Assembly: GCA_050012475.1 (NCBI GenBank)
Contig: JBEKHC010000014.1
Coordinates: 1-63,290 of the forward strand
Source: Candidatus Velthaea sp.
Lineage (GTDB): Bacteria; Vulcanimicrobiota; Vulcanimicrobiia; Vulcanimicrobiales; Vulcanimicrobiaceae
Direction: 5' to 3'
Length of the DNA stretch: 63,290 bases
Every line of letters begins with the position of its first letter. Position 1 is the first letter of the stretch. A program made the position numbers and the translations under genes. Below, one piece after another: positions 40,115 through 50,317 of the stretch. The notes under the pieces are model-generated. The model was not told the origin of the DNA and ran no database searches. It saw nothing but the letters and a program-made list of their open reading frames with translations.

Positions 40115-41203
40115 ATGCCTCTCGAAATGGCGCCTGACTACAGCGCCGCGCCGCGATACGTCTACTGGGAGATGACCCAGGTCTGCGGCCTCGCCTGCCG
40201 TCACTGCCGCGCCACCTCCAAGCGGGTGCAGCATCCCGACGAACTGACGACAAACGAAGGCAAGGCGCTGGTTCGCGAAGTCGCGCTCTTCGGCGGCCGG
40301 CCGCCCACGCTGATCTTCTCGGGCGGCGACCCGCTCGAGCGCGAGGATCTGTGGGAACTGCTCGATTACGCTCACGGCCTGGGCATTCCGACGGCGGTCA
40401 CCCCGAGCGCCACGCCGACCCTGAGCCGCGACCATTTCGTCAAGCTCAAGGCCCACCACGTCAGCGCGGTGAGCATGAGCCTCGACGGCTCGAATGCCAA
40501 GCGCCACGACGGCATCCGTAACGTCGGCGGCTGCTTCGACTACACCATGCAGGCCTGGGACTGGACCGCCGAACTCGAGATTCCCTTGCTGGTGAACTCG
40601 GTGGTCTCCGAAGCCAGCTATGACGACATCCCCGCGATCTATGCGCTGCTGCGCACCAAGAAGCTCATCCGCTGGAGTTTGTTCTTCCTGATCGCCGTCG
40701 GCCGCGGACGCTATCTGGTGCCGGTTACGAGCGAACGCGCCGAAGAACTCATGCGCTCGATGTACGAGTGGTCGCTCGACGCGCCGTTCGTGATCGGTTC
40801 AACCGAAGCACCCTCGTACCGCCGGATCGCGCTCGAAGCGATGCGCGCCAGCGGCTGGACCGAAGCGCAAATCGCCGCGACGCCGCTCTCCGCCGGCTTT
40901 GGGATTCGCGACGGCAACGGCGTGGTTTTCGTGTCGAAGATCGGCGATGTCTATCCGACGGGTTTCTTGCCGCTCTCCGGCGGCAACGTCCGCCAGCGCG
41001 GACTGGTCGACATCTACCGCAACAGTCCGCTGTTCACGAACATTCGCGACCTCAAACGATTCAAGGGAACGTGCGGCGTCTGCGGCTATCGCGCGATCTG
41101 CGGCGGTTCACGCGCCCGGGCGTATGCCCAAACGACCGATGCCCTCGAAAGCGATTCACTCTGCAGCTATAAGCCCGCGCCGGCTGCCGCCGCAGCGATG
41201 TAA
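40115..41203 (+). CDS. Radical SAM/SPASM protein, TIGR04053 / AhbD-NirJ-like
   Basis: WEMTQVCGLACRHC, SGGDPL, SLDG, CGVCGYRAICGGSRARAY...C; AGGAG RBS. Confidence 0.88.
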   Translation: MPLEMAPDYSAAPRYVYWEMTQVCGLACRHCRATSKRVQHPDELTTNEGKALVREVALFGGRPPTLIFSGGDPLEREDLWELLDYAHGLGIPTAVTPSATPTLSRDHFVKLKAHHVSAVSMSLDGSNAKRHDGIRNVGGCFDYTMQAWDWTAELEIPLLVNSVVSEASYDDIPAIYALLRTKKLIRWSLFFLIAVGRGRYLVPVTSERAEELMRSMYEWSLDAPFVIGSTEAPSYRRIALEAMRASGWTEAQIAATPLSAGFGIRDGNGVVFVSKIGDVYPTGFLPLSGGNVRQRGLVDIYRNSPLFTNIRDLKRFKGTCGVCGYRAICGGSRARAYAQTTDALESDSLCSYKPAPAAAAAM

Positions 41204-41241
41204 GCACCGCGCCGCCCGGCTGCGCGCCGGACGTCCACCGG

Positions 41242-41270
41242 GATAGCCCCGTTTTGCCAACGGGGCTATC
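41242..41270 (+). terminator. Stem-loop terminator after the radical SAM gene
   Basis: GATAGCCCCGTT / AACGGGGCTATC 12-bp stem followed by GTGTTT. Confidence 0.65.
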
Positions 41271-41495
41271 GTGTTTCGAACCACTTTCGTCCGCCGCCCT
41301 GCGCGCGCGTTTCGACTGCGGTGATCCATTCATCGCGCCGGACCGTCTTTCCACCGTTGTAAGCCCGCCAGTCGATCCCGCGTGGTTTCGACCAGCGTCT
41401 TTCTTCGCGCGCCCGGACCGTTTGGCGGCGTCCTCGTGACGCGCGCAATCGTTCGCACCGCCTTTTTTCTCGCATGCACTCTGCAGAGGAACACC

Positions 41496-42587
41496 ATGAA
41501 CAGGAACGTCAACGCAGCAATCAGTCTTACCCTCTTGACCGCGCTCGCCGGTTGCGGCGGCGGCGGCAGCAGCACGCCGATCCCGCACATGACGGCGATT
41601 CCGTCGACCAGCTCCGCGCTTTGGGTCGCCAACGGAGCCAACGTCGTCGAATTTCTTCCCAGCCAGCTTCTCCCGGGCGTCACCGATCCCGCACCGCACA
41701 TCGCGCTCAACAGCGCGTCGGGGTTGGGTGCGCCGCAGGGCGTGCAATTCGATGCCGGCGGCAATCTCTGGGTTCTTGATGGCGGCAACGGGAGCACCGT
41801 CGCACCGGCGCTCGACGAATTCACCGCCGCGCAGCTGACGGCGCATACCGCGAACCCGAATCCGATGCCCGCCAAGTCCATCACGTACGCGGGCATCAAG
41901 TTTCCGCAACAGGGCGTGTTCGACAAGAGCGGCGATTTCTGGGTTGCCGATAACGGCGCCAACGAAGTCGTCGAGTTCACCCCGGCCCAGCTCGCGGCGG
42001 GCGGCACCGTAACGCCGAACCTCACGCTGACCTCGACGATCCCCTTCAACGGCCCGCTGGGCATCGCGTTCTCGCCGATCACCGGCAATCTTTGGGTCGC
42101 CAACAACGCCGGCACGTCGATCGAAGGCTTTGCCGCGACGTCGCTCGTGGGCCTTACCGGCGTGCAAACCCTCGCGCCGCACGACGTCCTCAACGACGAC
42201 GGCGCCGGCTCGATTCAGGCGCCGTGGGCGCTGGTGTTCGACGCGGCCGGAAACCTGTGGTCGAGCAACGCCAACACGCCGTTCACGGTCGTTGAATTTG
42301 CCGCCGGCGGGCTCGGCGGCGGGACCGGCGCGACTCCGGTTCCCCACATCACGGTCTCACCGGTGAGCGACGGCGGAAACATCACCCTGAGCGCGCCCAA
42401 CGGCCTGGCCTTCGACAAGCTCGGGAACCTCGCCGCGATCAGTTCGGCCGCGCCCTTCGGCGTGCCGGTGTACGCCGCTACGCAACTCACCAGCAGCGGC
42501 GCGACGGTTCCCAGCGTTTTCCTCGCCGGAGCGGCAACGACGCTCAACGCCCCGGCAGGCGACGTCTTCGGACCCGCCGTTCCCTGA
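41496..42587 (+). CDS. Lipoprotein with NHL/beta-propeller-like repeats
   Basis: Signal peptide with LAGC lipobox; repeated PxGxxFDxxGNLWV blades; GAGGA RBS. Confidence 0.85.
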   Translation: MNRNVNAAISLTLLTALAGCGGGGSSTPIPHMTAIPSTSSALWVANGANVVEFLPSQLLPGVTDPAPHIALNSASGLGAPQGVQFDAGGNLWVLDGGNGSTVAPALDEFTAAQLTAHTANPNPMPAKSITYAGIKFPQQGVFDKSGDFWVADNGANEVVEFTPAQLAAGGTVTPNLTLTSTIPFNGPLGIAFSPITGNLWVANNAGTSIEGFAATSLVGLTGVQTLAPHDVLNDDGAGSIQAPWALVFDAAGNLWSSNANTPFTVVEFAAGGLGGGTGATPVPHITVSPVSDGGNITLSAPNGLAFDKLGNLAAISSAAPFGVPVYAATQLTSSGATVPSVFLAGAATTLNAPAGDVFGPAVP

Positions 42588-42650
42588 CGCACCATCTCAG
42601 CAACGGCTGCGGGCGGCCACCGGCTGCCCGCAGCCGGACCACACGCCGAG

Positions 42651-43298
42651 TTACAGCATCGGTCCGGCGCTGCGGCTCGCCGCAAGCGCCGAACCAATGC
42701 CGATCACGCCGTTGACGATGCCGAACAACGCCCACCAGCTCACCCGTTCGGCCGGCATCGCATCCGTTTCGGCACATCCGGAGTGCGTTTGGACCGCGAC
42801 TACCGCATTGCGAAAGAACTGAGCGCTGCCGGTCCGATCGCGCAGCTGCGCGAACCCGTTCCAAACATTGCCGTAGCGGTTTTTGGCGTAGCGGACGGTC
42901 GACTCCGAACCATCGCCGAAAACGAGCACCATATAGCGACTCGAGTGCCTTCCCGTCGTGCGGTAGATTTTCGCGATCGAGATGGATTCGTTGCGGCACA
43001 GCGCGCCGGCAACCCGGGTTGCCGCAGAGCCGAGGCAGCTGGGGTCGCCGCTGTAAGCCCCAAGGTCGAGCTTGGCGCCGGCGTACATCCCGCCGGCAAG
43101 CGCAAGTCCCACGATGCCGATCACGATTCCGAGAACCGGATGCCCCCGTCGCCGATATCCATGTCCATAAAAGTTTTGGCGCCGCACTGCAGCGATCGCC
43201 TCGATCACCGTGAATGCCACGGTCGAGATCGCAAAAATGTACAGCGCGAAGTCAAGGCGCACCACACCTTGACTATCGGCAGCACGGCGGCGCTGCAT
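42651..43298 (-). CDS. Hypothetical membrane protein (about 3 TM segments)
   Basis: Hydrophobic stretches FALYIFAISTVAFTVI, VLGIVIGIVGLALAG, WWALFGIVNGVIGIG; start uncertain (43298 or 43265). Confidence 0.6.
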   Translation of the reverse strand: MQRRRAADSQGVVRLDFALYIFAISTVAFTVIEAIAAVRRQNFYGHGYRRRGHPVLGIVIGIVGLALAGGMYAGAKLDLGAYSGDPSCLGSAATRVAGALCRNESISIAKIYRTTGRHSSRYMVLVFGDGSESTVRYAKNRYGNVWNGFAQLRDRTGSAQFFRNAVVAVQTHSGCAETDAMPAERVSWWALFGIVNGVIGIGSALAASRSAGPML

Positions 43299-43614
43299 TA
43301 CGGCTCGACGTCCCGCATTCGTTCGGCTCGATGAACCGCGCCGCGACGCGGCCGGCCGGCGACAAACGGAGATGATTCGTTCCCCGATCGCCGAACTGCG
43401 GGTATCACGCTGACAAGTCGTTTGATTCCTGGTATGCCAGTGTCGGTTGGTGATAGGGAGAGTTCCATCGTAGACATGGGTTCCCGGCTCGATGCCGAGC
43501 CGGGCGCGCTCTCGAATCCGCCGGCGCAGCCCCGGCGCACGGCTCGCGTTCGCCGGCGGGGATGAGCGCCCGTGTTCGTTCAGGAAAGCCGCGCCGCATA
43601 TCGCACGCGGCTCG

Positions 43615-45891
43615 GTGAGCCGGAGGACGTCGACGGTTAATCGCGCCGATCTCCTCAACTGCGATCGTGAGCCGATCCATCTGTCGGGCGCGATTCAGCC
43701 GCACGGCATGCTCTTGGCCATTGAAGCCGCGGACCTGCGCGTCGTCGGCGTCAGCGCCAACTCGGCGGCCTTCATCGGCATCGAACCCCCACGCGTGCTG
43801 CACCGCCGGCTCGCCGAGATTCTGCCGCTGGCCGGCTACGAGCGGCTCGAAGAAGCGCTGCTGGCCGCGGATCCCGGCCGCAACAACCCGATTCGGACCG
43901 TTCTGCGTCCCGAACTCCCCTCGTTCGACGCGATCGTTCACCGGGTCGCCGAAACCGCCATCCTGGAATTCGAACCGTCGTCGGCAGGCGCCGACGACGA
44001 AGCCTTTCGGGCCTTGCGATCGTTCGTCGAGCGCGCGCAAGAAAAGCGAACCTTTACCGGCTTGTGCGCGGGCGTCGTCGACGACGTACGGTGCTTGACC
44101 GGCTTCGATCGGGTCATGATGTATCAGTTCGATGAAGACTGGCACGGGCGCGTCATCGCCGAATCCGCCGCCGCCGGCATGGCGAAGTATTTGGACTTCC
44201 ACTTTCCCGCCTCGGACATTCCGCGTCAAGCCCGCGACCTCTATACGCGCAATCTGATTCGGCTGATTCCGGATGCAACATACGTACCGGTTCCGCTCGT
44301 GTGCGGCCAGAGCTTGTCCAGCGGCGCCGCGCTGGACCTGAGCCAAGCGACGCTGCGCAGCGTCTCGCCGCTGCACGTCCAATATTTGCGCAACATGGGC
44401 GTCCGTTCGTCGATGAGCGTCTCGCTGGTCTGCGAGGGACGTCTGTGGGGTCTGATCGCCTGTCATCACCGGCAACCGCTGTACCTCCCGTTTGCCGTCC
44501 GCACGGCGTGCGAACTCTTGGCGCGCGTCGCCGCCACCCAAATCGTCACGCTCCAAAGCCGCGCCGGCTACGAAGAACGGATGCGCACCGCGACCGTGCA
44601 AAGCCGGCTGATCGAAACGATGTCGCAGCGCGGGGATCTGGGCGCCGCGCTCGTCGAAGGCACACCCAGCATCGGCGAACTCCTCGAAGCCGGCGGAGCC
44701 GCCGTGCGTTTGGGCGCCGCCGAGATGCGGCTGGTGGGCACGACGCCGACGGCCGCCCAGGTTATGGAGATCATCGCCTGGCTGCAGCAGCGCGGCGACA
44801 CCGACATCTATTCCACGGCTTCGCTGCCGGTGTCGCACGAACCGTTCGCGCGCTTCGCCGCGGTTGCCAGCGGACTGCTCGCGCTCCCGATCTCGCGCCG
44901 GGCGGGCTCGTACATTTTGTGGTTTCGGCCCGAACTAGCGCAAACGATCACCTGGGGCGGCGATCCGAACAAGCCGCTCGACGGCGAGGCGGATGCGACC
45001 ACGCTGACGCCCCGCAAGTCGTTCGCCGCCTGGCTCCAGGTGCGCGAGCGGCACGCCAAGCCTTGGACGCGCTTCGACGAGCAAGCTGCCATCGATTTTG
45101 GCCGCGCGATCGGCGGATTCTTCATGCGCCAAAACGACCAGCTCGTCGAAGCCAATCGAGCGCTGGCGCGCACGAACGCGGAGCTGGACACGTTCGCGCA
45201 CATGACGTCGCACGACCTCAAAGAGCCGTTACGCGGCATCCGTAGTTACGCCAGCCACATCGTCGAAGATTTCGGCGCGACGCTCGATGCCGAGGCCGTC
45301 GCCAAACTCAACGGCATCATTCGCCTCACCACACGCATGGACGAACTGCTGGCCTCGCTGCTGCACTTCGCCGGCGCCGGGCGCGAGTTGCTCGAACATC
45401 GCGACGTCGACCTGGGCAACGTCGTGCTCGAAGCGAGCGAAATGCTCGCCGGATGGCTCGATGAACGCGGCGTTTCCGTGGTCATCGATTCGCCGCTCGC
45501 GCACGTCCTCGGCGACGCCGCCAACCTGCGCGAAGTGTTCGTCAACCTGTTGTCCAACGCCGCGAAATATAACGACAAGCCCGAACGCTGGATCTCGGTC
45601 TCGATGGTCGACGAAGGTCCGGCAGGGTCGAACGACGTCGTGGTCGCGGTGCGCGACAACGGAGTCGGCATCGAGCCCGATCAGCACGATGCGATCTTCC
45701 GCATGTTCACCCGGATGCATCCACGCGATGCTTTCGGCGGCGGAACGGGCGCGGGGCTGGCGATCGTCCGCAAACTGCTCGAGCCCATGGGCGGCTCGAT
45801 TCGCGTTGAGTCGACGGTCGGCGCCGGCTCGACGTTTTTCGTGGCCTTGCCGAAATCAGGGTCCGATACCTCGCTGCTTCCGGCCGGCTGA
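43615..45891 (+). CDS. bphP: Bacteriophytochrome histidine kinase (PAS-GAF-PHY-HisKA-HATPase)
   Basis: N-terminal bilin Cys in NCDREPIH, GFDRVMMY, PASDIP, HVQYLRNMG, PRKSF tongue, SHDLKEPLR, N/G boxes; exact start uncertain. Confidence 0.93.
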   Translation: MSRRTSTVNRADLLNCDREPIHLSGAIQPHGMLLAIEAADLRVVGVSANSAAFIGIEPPRVLHRRLAEILPLAGYERLEEALLAADPGRNNPIRTVLRPELPSFDAIVHRVAETAILEFEPSSAGADDEAFRALRSFVERAQEKRTFTGLCAGVVDDVRCLTGFDRVMMYQFDEDWHGRVIAESAAAGMAKYLDFHFPASDIPRQARDLYTRNLIRLIPDATYVPVPLVCGQSLSSGAALDLSQATLRSVSPLHVQYLRNMGVRSSMSVSLVCEGRLWGLIACHHRQPLYLPFAVRTACELLARVAATQIVTLQSRAGYEERMRTATVQSRLIETMSQRGDLGAALVEGTPSIGELLEAGGAAVRLGAAEMRLVGTTPTAAQVMEIIAWLQQRGDTDIYSTASLPVSHEPFARFAAVASGLLALPISRRAGSYILWFRPELAQTITWGGDPNKPLDGEADATTLTPRKSFAAWLQVRERHAKPWTRFDEQAAIDFGRAIGGFFMRQNDQLVEANRALARTNAELDTFAHMTSHDLKEPLRGIRSYASHIVEDFGATLDAEAVAKLNGIIRLTTRMDELLASLLHFAGAGRELLEHRDVDLGNVVLEASEMLAGWLDERGVSVVIDSPLAHVLGDAANLREVFVNLLSNAAKYNDKPERWISVSMVDEGPAGSNDVVVAVRDNGVGIEPDQHDAIFRMFTRMHPRDAFGGGTGAGLAIVRKLLEPMGGSIRVESTVGAGSTFFVALPKSGSDTSLLPAG

Positions 45892-45894
45892 GCG

Positions 45895-48120
45895 ATGTCG
45901 CGCCGCCGCAAGGTGTTGCTCATCGACGACAGTCCCGAAGATCTCGCGACGTACTCGGCGTATTTGCTGTCGTCGCCGGATTCGCTCGTGGTCGCGACGG
46001 CGTCTTCGTCGGTGACGGGCCTGCAGTTGTGCACCGCGTTTGCGCCCGACTGCCTCGTCATCGACCTGCATATCGACGCGCTCGACGGACTCGCGGTCCT
46101 CGAGCACGCCCGCGAGCGCGCGGGCTACGTTCCGACGATCATTCTCACCGGACAGGGCAACGAGCGGCTTGCGGTCGAGTCACTCAAACGCGGGGCCTGG
46201 AACTATTTGGTCAAAGGCGAGACCAGCGCGACGGCGCTTGCCCAAGCAGTCCACGAAGCACTCGACGCGGATGCGCTGCGGCAAGAACTCGTCGAGCGGC
46301 GGCGCACCGAAGAACGCGCGCGCGCGGAACTGGAGACCGCTTACGCACGGGCGCGATTCCTGGCCGCAATCAGTGAAATCCTGATCTCGTCCCTCGACCG
46401 CGAAACAATCGTCGCGACGGTCGTGCGGGAAGTCATCGCCAACGTCGCCGACGCCTGCTTCGTCGATTTGGTGGCGGGCAGCGGATTAACGCGCATCGGG
46501 GGCGCCCACCCGGACGACGCGCCGCACCTCGACGGACGCGAGGGCGTCGCGCGCGTCATGCGCAGCGGCGAGCCCGCGCTGTACGGCCGCGCATGGCTCG
46601 ACACCGTCCTGCCGTGCGACGCGGATTTGGCGCGGCTGGCCGGCGCGGGCCTTCATTCGGCGCTGATCGTCCCGCTGACGTTCGATCGCGGCGCGTTCGG
46701 CGCGGTCACCTTCGCGGCCGTCGGCAGCCGACCGGTGTTGTCCAGCGACGACATCCCGCACTTCATGGAGTTGGGGCGCCGATTGTCGGCGGCAATCGTC
46801 AACGCCGACCTCTACAACGCCGAGCGCCGCGCGCGAACGGCAGCCGAGTCGGCGAAACGCCGGCTGACGATCGTGTCGCAAGCAAGCTCGCTCTTCGCCC
46901 GTTCGTTGGATTGGCAAGAAACGCTGCAGCGCCTAGCGCGCGCGCTCGTTCCGCGCTTCGCGGACTGGACCGGAATCTTCGTCGTCGACGGCGATTCGGC
47001 GGCGGGGCTCAAGCTGGTCGCCTCGCGACACGCCGACACCGCGCGCGCTGACACCTATGCGCGACTGTTCGAACCGCTCGCGGCGACGATCGGCGAAACG
47101 GCGATTGCCAGCAGCAGCGGCCCGGCGCCGCGGCCCGAGTATTTCCCGCATGGCTTGCCCGAGCCGGATGCAGCCGGAACGATCGGTGCGCTCCGCGCCG
47201 GCGGCGTCCGGTCGTACATGTCGGTGCCGCTGATTGCGCGCGGGCAACTTTGGGGTTCGTTCGTCGTCCTCAACGACGGCGAACGCGATTCGTTCGAACT
47301 CGACGATCTCTCGCTGCTCGAAGATCTCGGCCGGCGCATCGCAACCTACCTCGAAAGCGCTTCCATCTCGCGCCGCGAACGCGAGATCGCGCACACGCTC
47401 CAGCGCAGCTTGATGCCCGATACGATTCCCGCGTTCGACGATCTCGGTTTCGCGACGCGCTATCTGCCGGGAATGGAAGGCGTGCACGTCGGCGGCGACT
47501 GGTACGACGCGTTCGCCGTCGACGAACGATGCGTCGCCTTCGTCATCGGCGACGTCAGCGGGCGCGGCGTGCGCGCAGCCGCGATCATGGGGAATCTGCG
47601 CGCGACCGTGCGGGCTTATCTGCTCGACGGCTTCGGGCCGGCAGCGGTGCTCGAACGCGCCAACCGCGCTTCGGAAGGCATCGGCTTCGATCACTTTGCG
47701 ACCGTCCTGTGCGCGATCCTGGACCGGGGCACCGGCAGCTTGACGTTTGCCAACGCCGGCCACCCGCCCCCGCTGCTGATCACCAATCATTCTTGCGCGG
47801 TCCTCGATCACGAACCCGGTCCGCCGATCGGCGTCGTCCGCAACCCGGTTTATGCGGACATCCGCGTCCATATCGAGGCCGGCGCAACGTTCTTGCTCTA
47901 TACCGACGGACTGATCGAAAGCCGCAAGCGCGCCGCATCCGACGGAATTCTGGAACTGTGCGAGCAGGCCAAACGGGGACGCGACGACGACTTGGAAATG
48001 TACGTCGACAACCTGCTCGCTGCGATGACGGGTGGACGCCACGACGATGACGTCGCCATCGTGGCAGTTCGCCGGTTGCCGGCCGCATCCGAGGCGTGCC
48101 TCGACTCAGAAAGAGAATGA
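45895..48120 (+). CDS. REC-GAF-GAF-PP2C (SpoIIE/RsbU-type) phosphatase
   Basis: LLIDD...VID...ILTG...YLVK receiver; two GAF-like regions; GGDWYD, GDVSGRG, NAGHPPP, YTDGL, DDVA. Confidence 0.9.
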   Translation: MSRRRKVLLIDDSPEDLATYSAYLLSSPDSLVVATASSSVTGLQLCTAFAPDCLVIDLHIDALDGLAVLEHARERAGYVPTIILTGQGNERLAVESLKRGAWNYLVKGETSATALAQAVHEALDADALRQELVERRRTEERARAELETAYARARFLAAISEILISSLDRETIVATVVREVIANVADACFVDLVAGSGLTRIGGAHPDDAPHLDGREGVARVMRSGEPALYGRAWLDTVLPCDADLARLAGAGLHSALIVPLTFDRGAFGAVTFAAVGSRPVLSSDDIPHFMELGRRLSAAIVNADLYNAERRARTAAESAKRRLTIVSQASSLFARSLDWQETLQRLARALVPRFADWTGIFVVDGDSAAGLKLVASRHADTARADTYARLFEPLAATIGETAIASSSGPAPRPEYFPHGLPEPDAAGTIGALRAGGVRSYMSVPLIARGQLWGSFVVLNDGERDSFELDDLSLLEDLGRRIATYLESASISRREREIAHTLQRSLMPDTIPAFDDLGFATRYLPGMEGVHVGGDWYDAFAVDERCVAFVIGDVSGRGVRAAAIMGNLRATVRAYLLDGFGPAAVLERANRASEGIGFDHFATVLCAILDRGTGSLTFANAGHPPPLLITNHSCAVLDHEPGPPIGVVRNPVYADIRVHIEAGATFLLYTDGLIESRKRAASDGILELCEQAKRGRDDDLEMYVDNLLAAMTGGRHDDDVAIVAVRRLPAASEACLDSERE

Positions 48121-48243
48121 CCGGCGCGAACCGGCCCGCTTCGTGTCACCGGGCTGGCGCACAAACGAGTCAACATCGCGACGGTCCGCCGGGCCGGCGA
48201 AGCGGACCGCGTGTACCTGATCACTGAGTTCGCTAATTCCCGG

Positions 48244-49872
48244 TTACAGCGAAAGGAGTTTGAGCAGCACGCCGTTCGTCCAGCCAAAGCCGATCTGCGT
48301 CGTGTATTCGCCGCCGCCGCCGCCACTGGCCATGACCAGATCGTACTTCTCGACGAATTTTCTGCTCGCGGCGAACACCGTGAGATTTACGTGTATCCAG
48401 CGTTGCGCGATCGTGTTCGCCAGCGCGGTTTGTCCGTAGTCGTTCAAACCCGATACGGCGATCCACTGCAGCGGCGCCCAGCCGTTGGGCTGATCCCACT
48501 GCTGACCCGAATCAACCAGCGTGGTCGCGACGCCATTGAGTTCGAGCAGCCGGGTTGCCACCAAATGGGCGACGCCGTTGGCCTCTTGGGCCGTCGCGAT
48601 GTCGAGGAACAAGGGGTACAGCGTTGCTGCCGTGACCCGATGCGTCAGGTGGCCTTGCCGCCAAGAGTAGTCCTCGAACAGCTTTTGCTGCGGATCCCAC
48701 ATCAAGCGGTGAATCGCGGCCGCCCGGGCAACCGCACGCGCCAGATACCACTTCGTCCGGGCCACATCGCCTTTGAAAAAGTAACCCCGGGCGAGCGTCA
48801 GCTCCAGATGTTGGAGCAGCGCGTTCAGATCGACCGGCAGCAGATCGAGCGTCTCGACCGTCGCCAGCGTCTTTCCGTCGGCCAGCCAGCGCGAACTGAA
48901 GTCCCAACCGGATTCGGCCGTTGCGCGCAGGTTGCGGTAAACGTCGGCCGCCGGGCGCGCCGAGCTCATGGCCGTCAAGACATCCTCGCGGTACGACTCG
49001 TCGCGCGGAACGTCACGCGCATCCCAATAGCGGTTGAGAATCGTGCCGTCGAGCAAACGCACCGAATTGCGATAGACTTGACCGCGCCCGAGCTGCTCGG
49101 CGCCATCCATCCAGTAGTCGTATTCGCGTTCGAGCTCCGGAAGATAGCGCACGTACACGCTCACGCCGTCGCGCGCGGCCATCAAGTCGAGCATCTTTGA
49201 GAAAAACGGCGGCTGCGACCGGCTCAGATAGTAACTGCGATTGCCGTTCGGAATATGACCGTAGCGATCGATTTCGTACGCGAAATCGGCGACCATGCCC
49301 TCGGCGATTGCGTGACGTTGGTCCGCTTCGAGTCCGAGCATCGTGAAATAGCTGTCCCAGTAATACATCTCGCCGAAGCGGCCGCCCGGAACGACGAACG
49401 GCTGCGGCAATGACAGCAGCGACGAATAAGGCGCGGTCTTGTCGACGTCGCCGGTCTGCTCGAGCAACACATTCCACAAACCGGCGATGTAGCTTTGAGC
49501 TGTTTCTCCGGGCGGAGCCGGATTCACCACCGGGCCGCCAGACGGCATGCGAAAATGCGCGGTGACGAACGCCGCCAACGAGAAGCCGGGCAACCCTTTT
49601 TGCGCGGCATACGCAGCGTTGATCGCCGTTGGAGTCTCCAGCGGAATCCAGTCGCAAAACGTCTTTTGGTCCGGAAACACTTGCGCGAGCTGCACGTCGC
49701 GAAAGAGCTGCCCGAACAGGATCGACGGCGGCGCTGGAGCGACGTCCGCGGCCGCCGGCGCCAAGCTCACGGTCGCGGCGTCGACCGCGCGTCCCCAGCC
49801 GGCGCCGCAGCCAAAAGCGATCGCAACCACCAGCGCTTTGCCGAAGGCATGCGAAAAAAAGCTTCGTCCCAT
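48244..49872 (-). CDS. treA: Secreted alpha,alpha-trehalase (GH37)
   Basis: PGGRFGEMYYWDSY, IPNGNRSYYLSRSQPP, AESGWDFSSRW, QWDQPNGWAP, GFGWTNGV; signal peptide; GGAGG RBS before ATG 49872. Confidence 0.92.
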   Translation of the reverse strand: MGRSFFSHAFGKALVVAIAFGCGAGWGRAVDAATVSLAPAAADVAPAPPSILFGQLFRDVQLAQVFPDQKTFCDWIPLETPTAINAAYAAQKGLPGFSLAAFVTAHFRMPSGGPVVNPAPPGETAQSYIAGLWNVLLEQTGDVDKTAPYSSLLSLPQPFVVPGGRFGEMYYWDSYFTMLGLEADQRHAIAEGMVADFAYEIDRYGHIPNGNRSYYLSRSQPPFFSKMLDLMAARDGVSVYVRYLPELEREYDYWMDGAEQLGRGQVYRNSVRLLDGTILNRYWDARDVPRDESYREDVLTAMSSARPAADVYRNLRATAESGWDFSSRWLADGKTLATVETLDLLPVDLNALLQHLELTLARGYFFKGDVARTKWYLARAVARAAAIHRLMWDPQQKLFEDYSWRQGHLTHRVTAATLYPLFLDIATAQEANGVAHLVATRLLELNGVATTLVDSGQQWDQPNGWAPLQWIAVSGLNDYGQTALANTIAQRWIHVNLTVFAASRKFVEKYDLVMASGGGGGEYTTQIGFGWTNGVLLKLLSL

Positions 49873-50007
49873 TCCTACCTCCAAGAAAATGGTTGCCGAC
49901 ATTGCGGCCCCATTTTGTTGCGCATCGCCGGCCCGGTTCAAACGCGAGGAGCCCCTACTCGGCTTGCGGACAGACCAACCCCACGTTACGCGGGCGGCGC
50001 TGCGCCA

Positions 50008-50050
50008 TTCATCCGCTCTTCACCCCGCCTTCGCCGCGGGCGCCTACGCT
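50008..50050 (+). promoter_or_regulatory. TTCAC-repeat promoter of the small membrane protein gene
   Basis: TTCAT 50008, TTCAC 50019, TTCGC 50030, then 10 nt, then TACGCT 50045-50050. Confidence 0.65.
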
Positions 50051-50094
50051 TTCGGGTGACACGTCGCGTTGCGCCCGCGAGATTCGGAGGTTGT

Positions 50095-50301
50095 ATGAGG
50101 CCGGCGAATGTCGATCCGGTCGAGTGTGCCCGCCTCATCGTCTATGCCCATTTGTCGGCAACACGCGAAACGCCCGACGATGCGCGCTCGGCGATCATCG
50201 ACGCCGCCGGACAGCCGGATTTCCCGCCGAGCATTGCGCTCACGCTCGTGTGCGTCGTTTCCTCGATCGCGATCGTGGCTTGGTCGATCGCGACGCAATG
50301 A
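50095..50301 (+). CDS. 68-aa small protein with C-terminal TM helix
   Basis: GGAGG RBS; ends in IALTLVCVVSSIAIVAWSIATQ; has its own candidate promoter. Confidence 0.65.
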   Translation: MRPANVDPVECARLIVYAHLSATRETPDDARSAIIDAAGQPDFPPSIALTLVCVVSSIAIVAWSIATQ

Positions 50302-50317
50302 CGCCGGGTGTGGCGGC

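Noticed and set aside
43615..44420. Cyanobacterial/plant-type phytochrome
   Set aside because: The GAF position has Leu-His (SPLH), not Cys-His; the bilin Cys is N-terminal, as in biliverdin-binding BphP.
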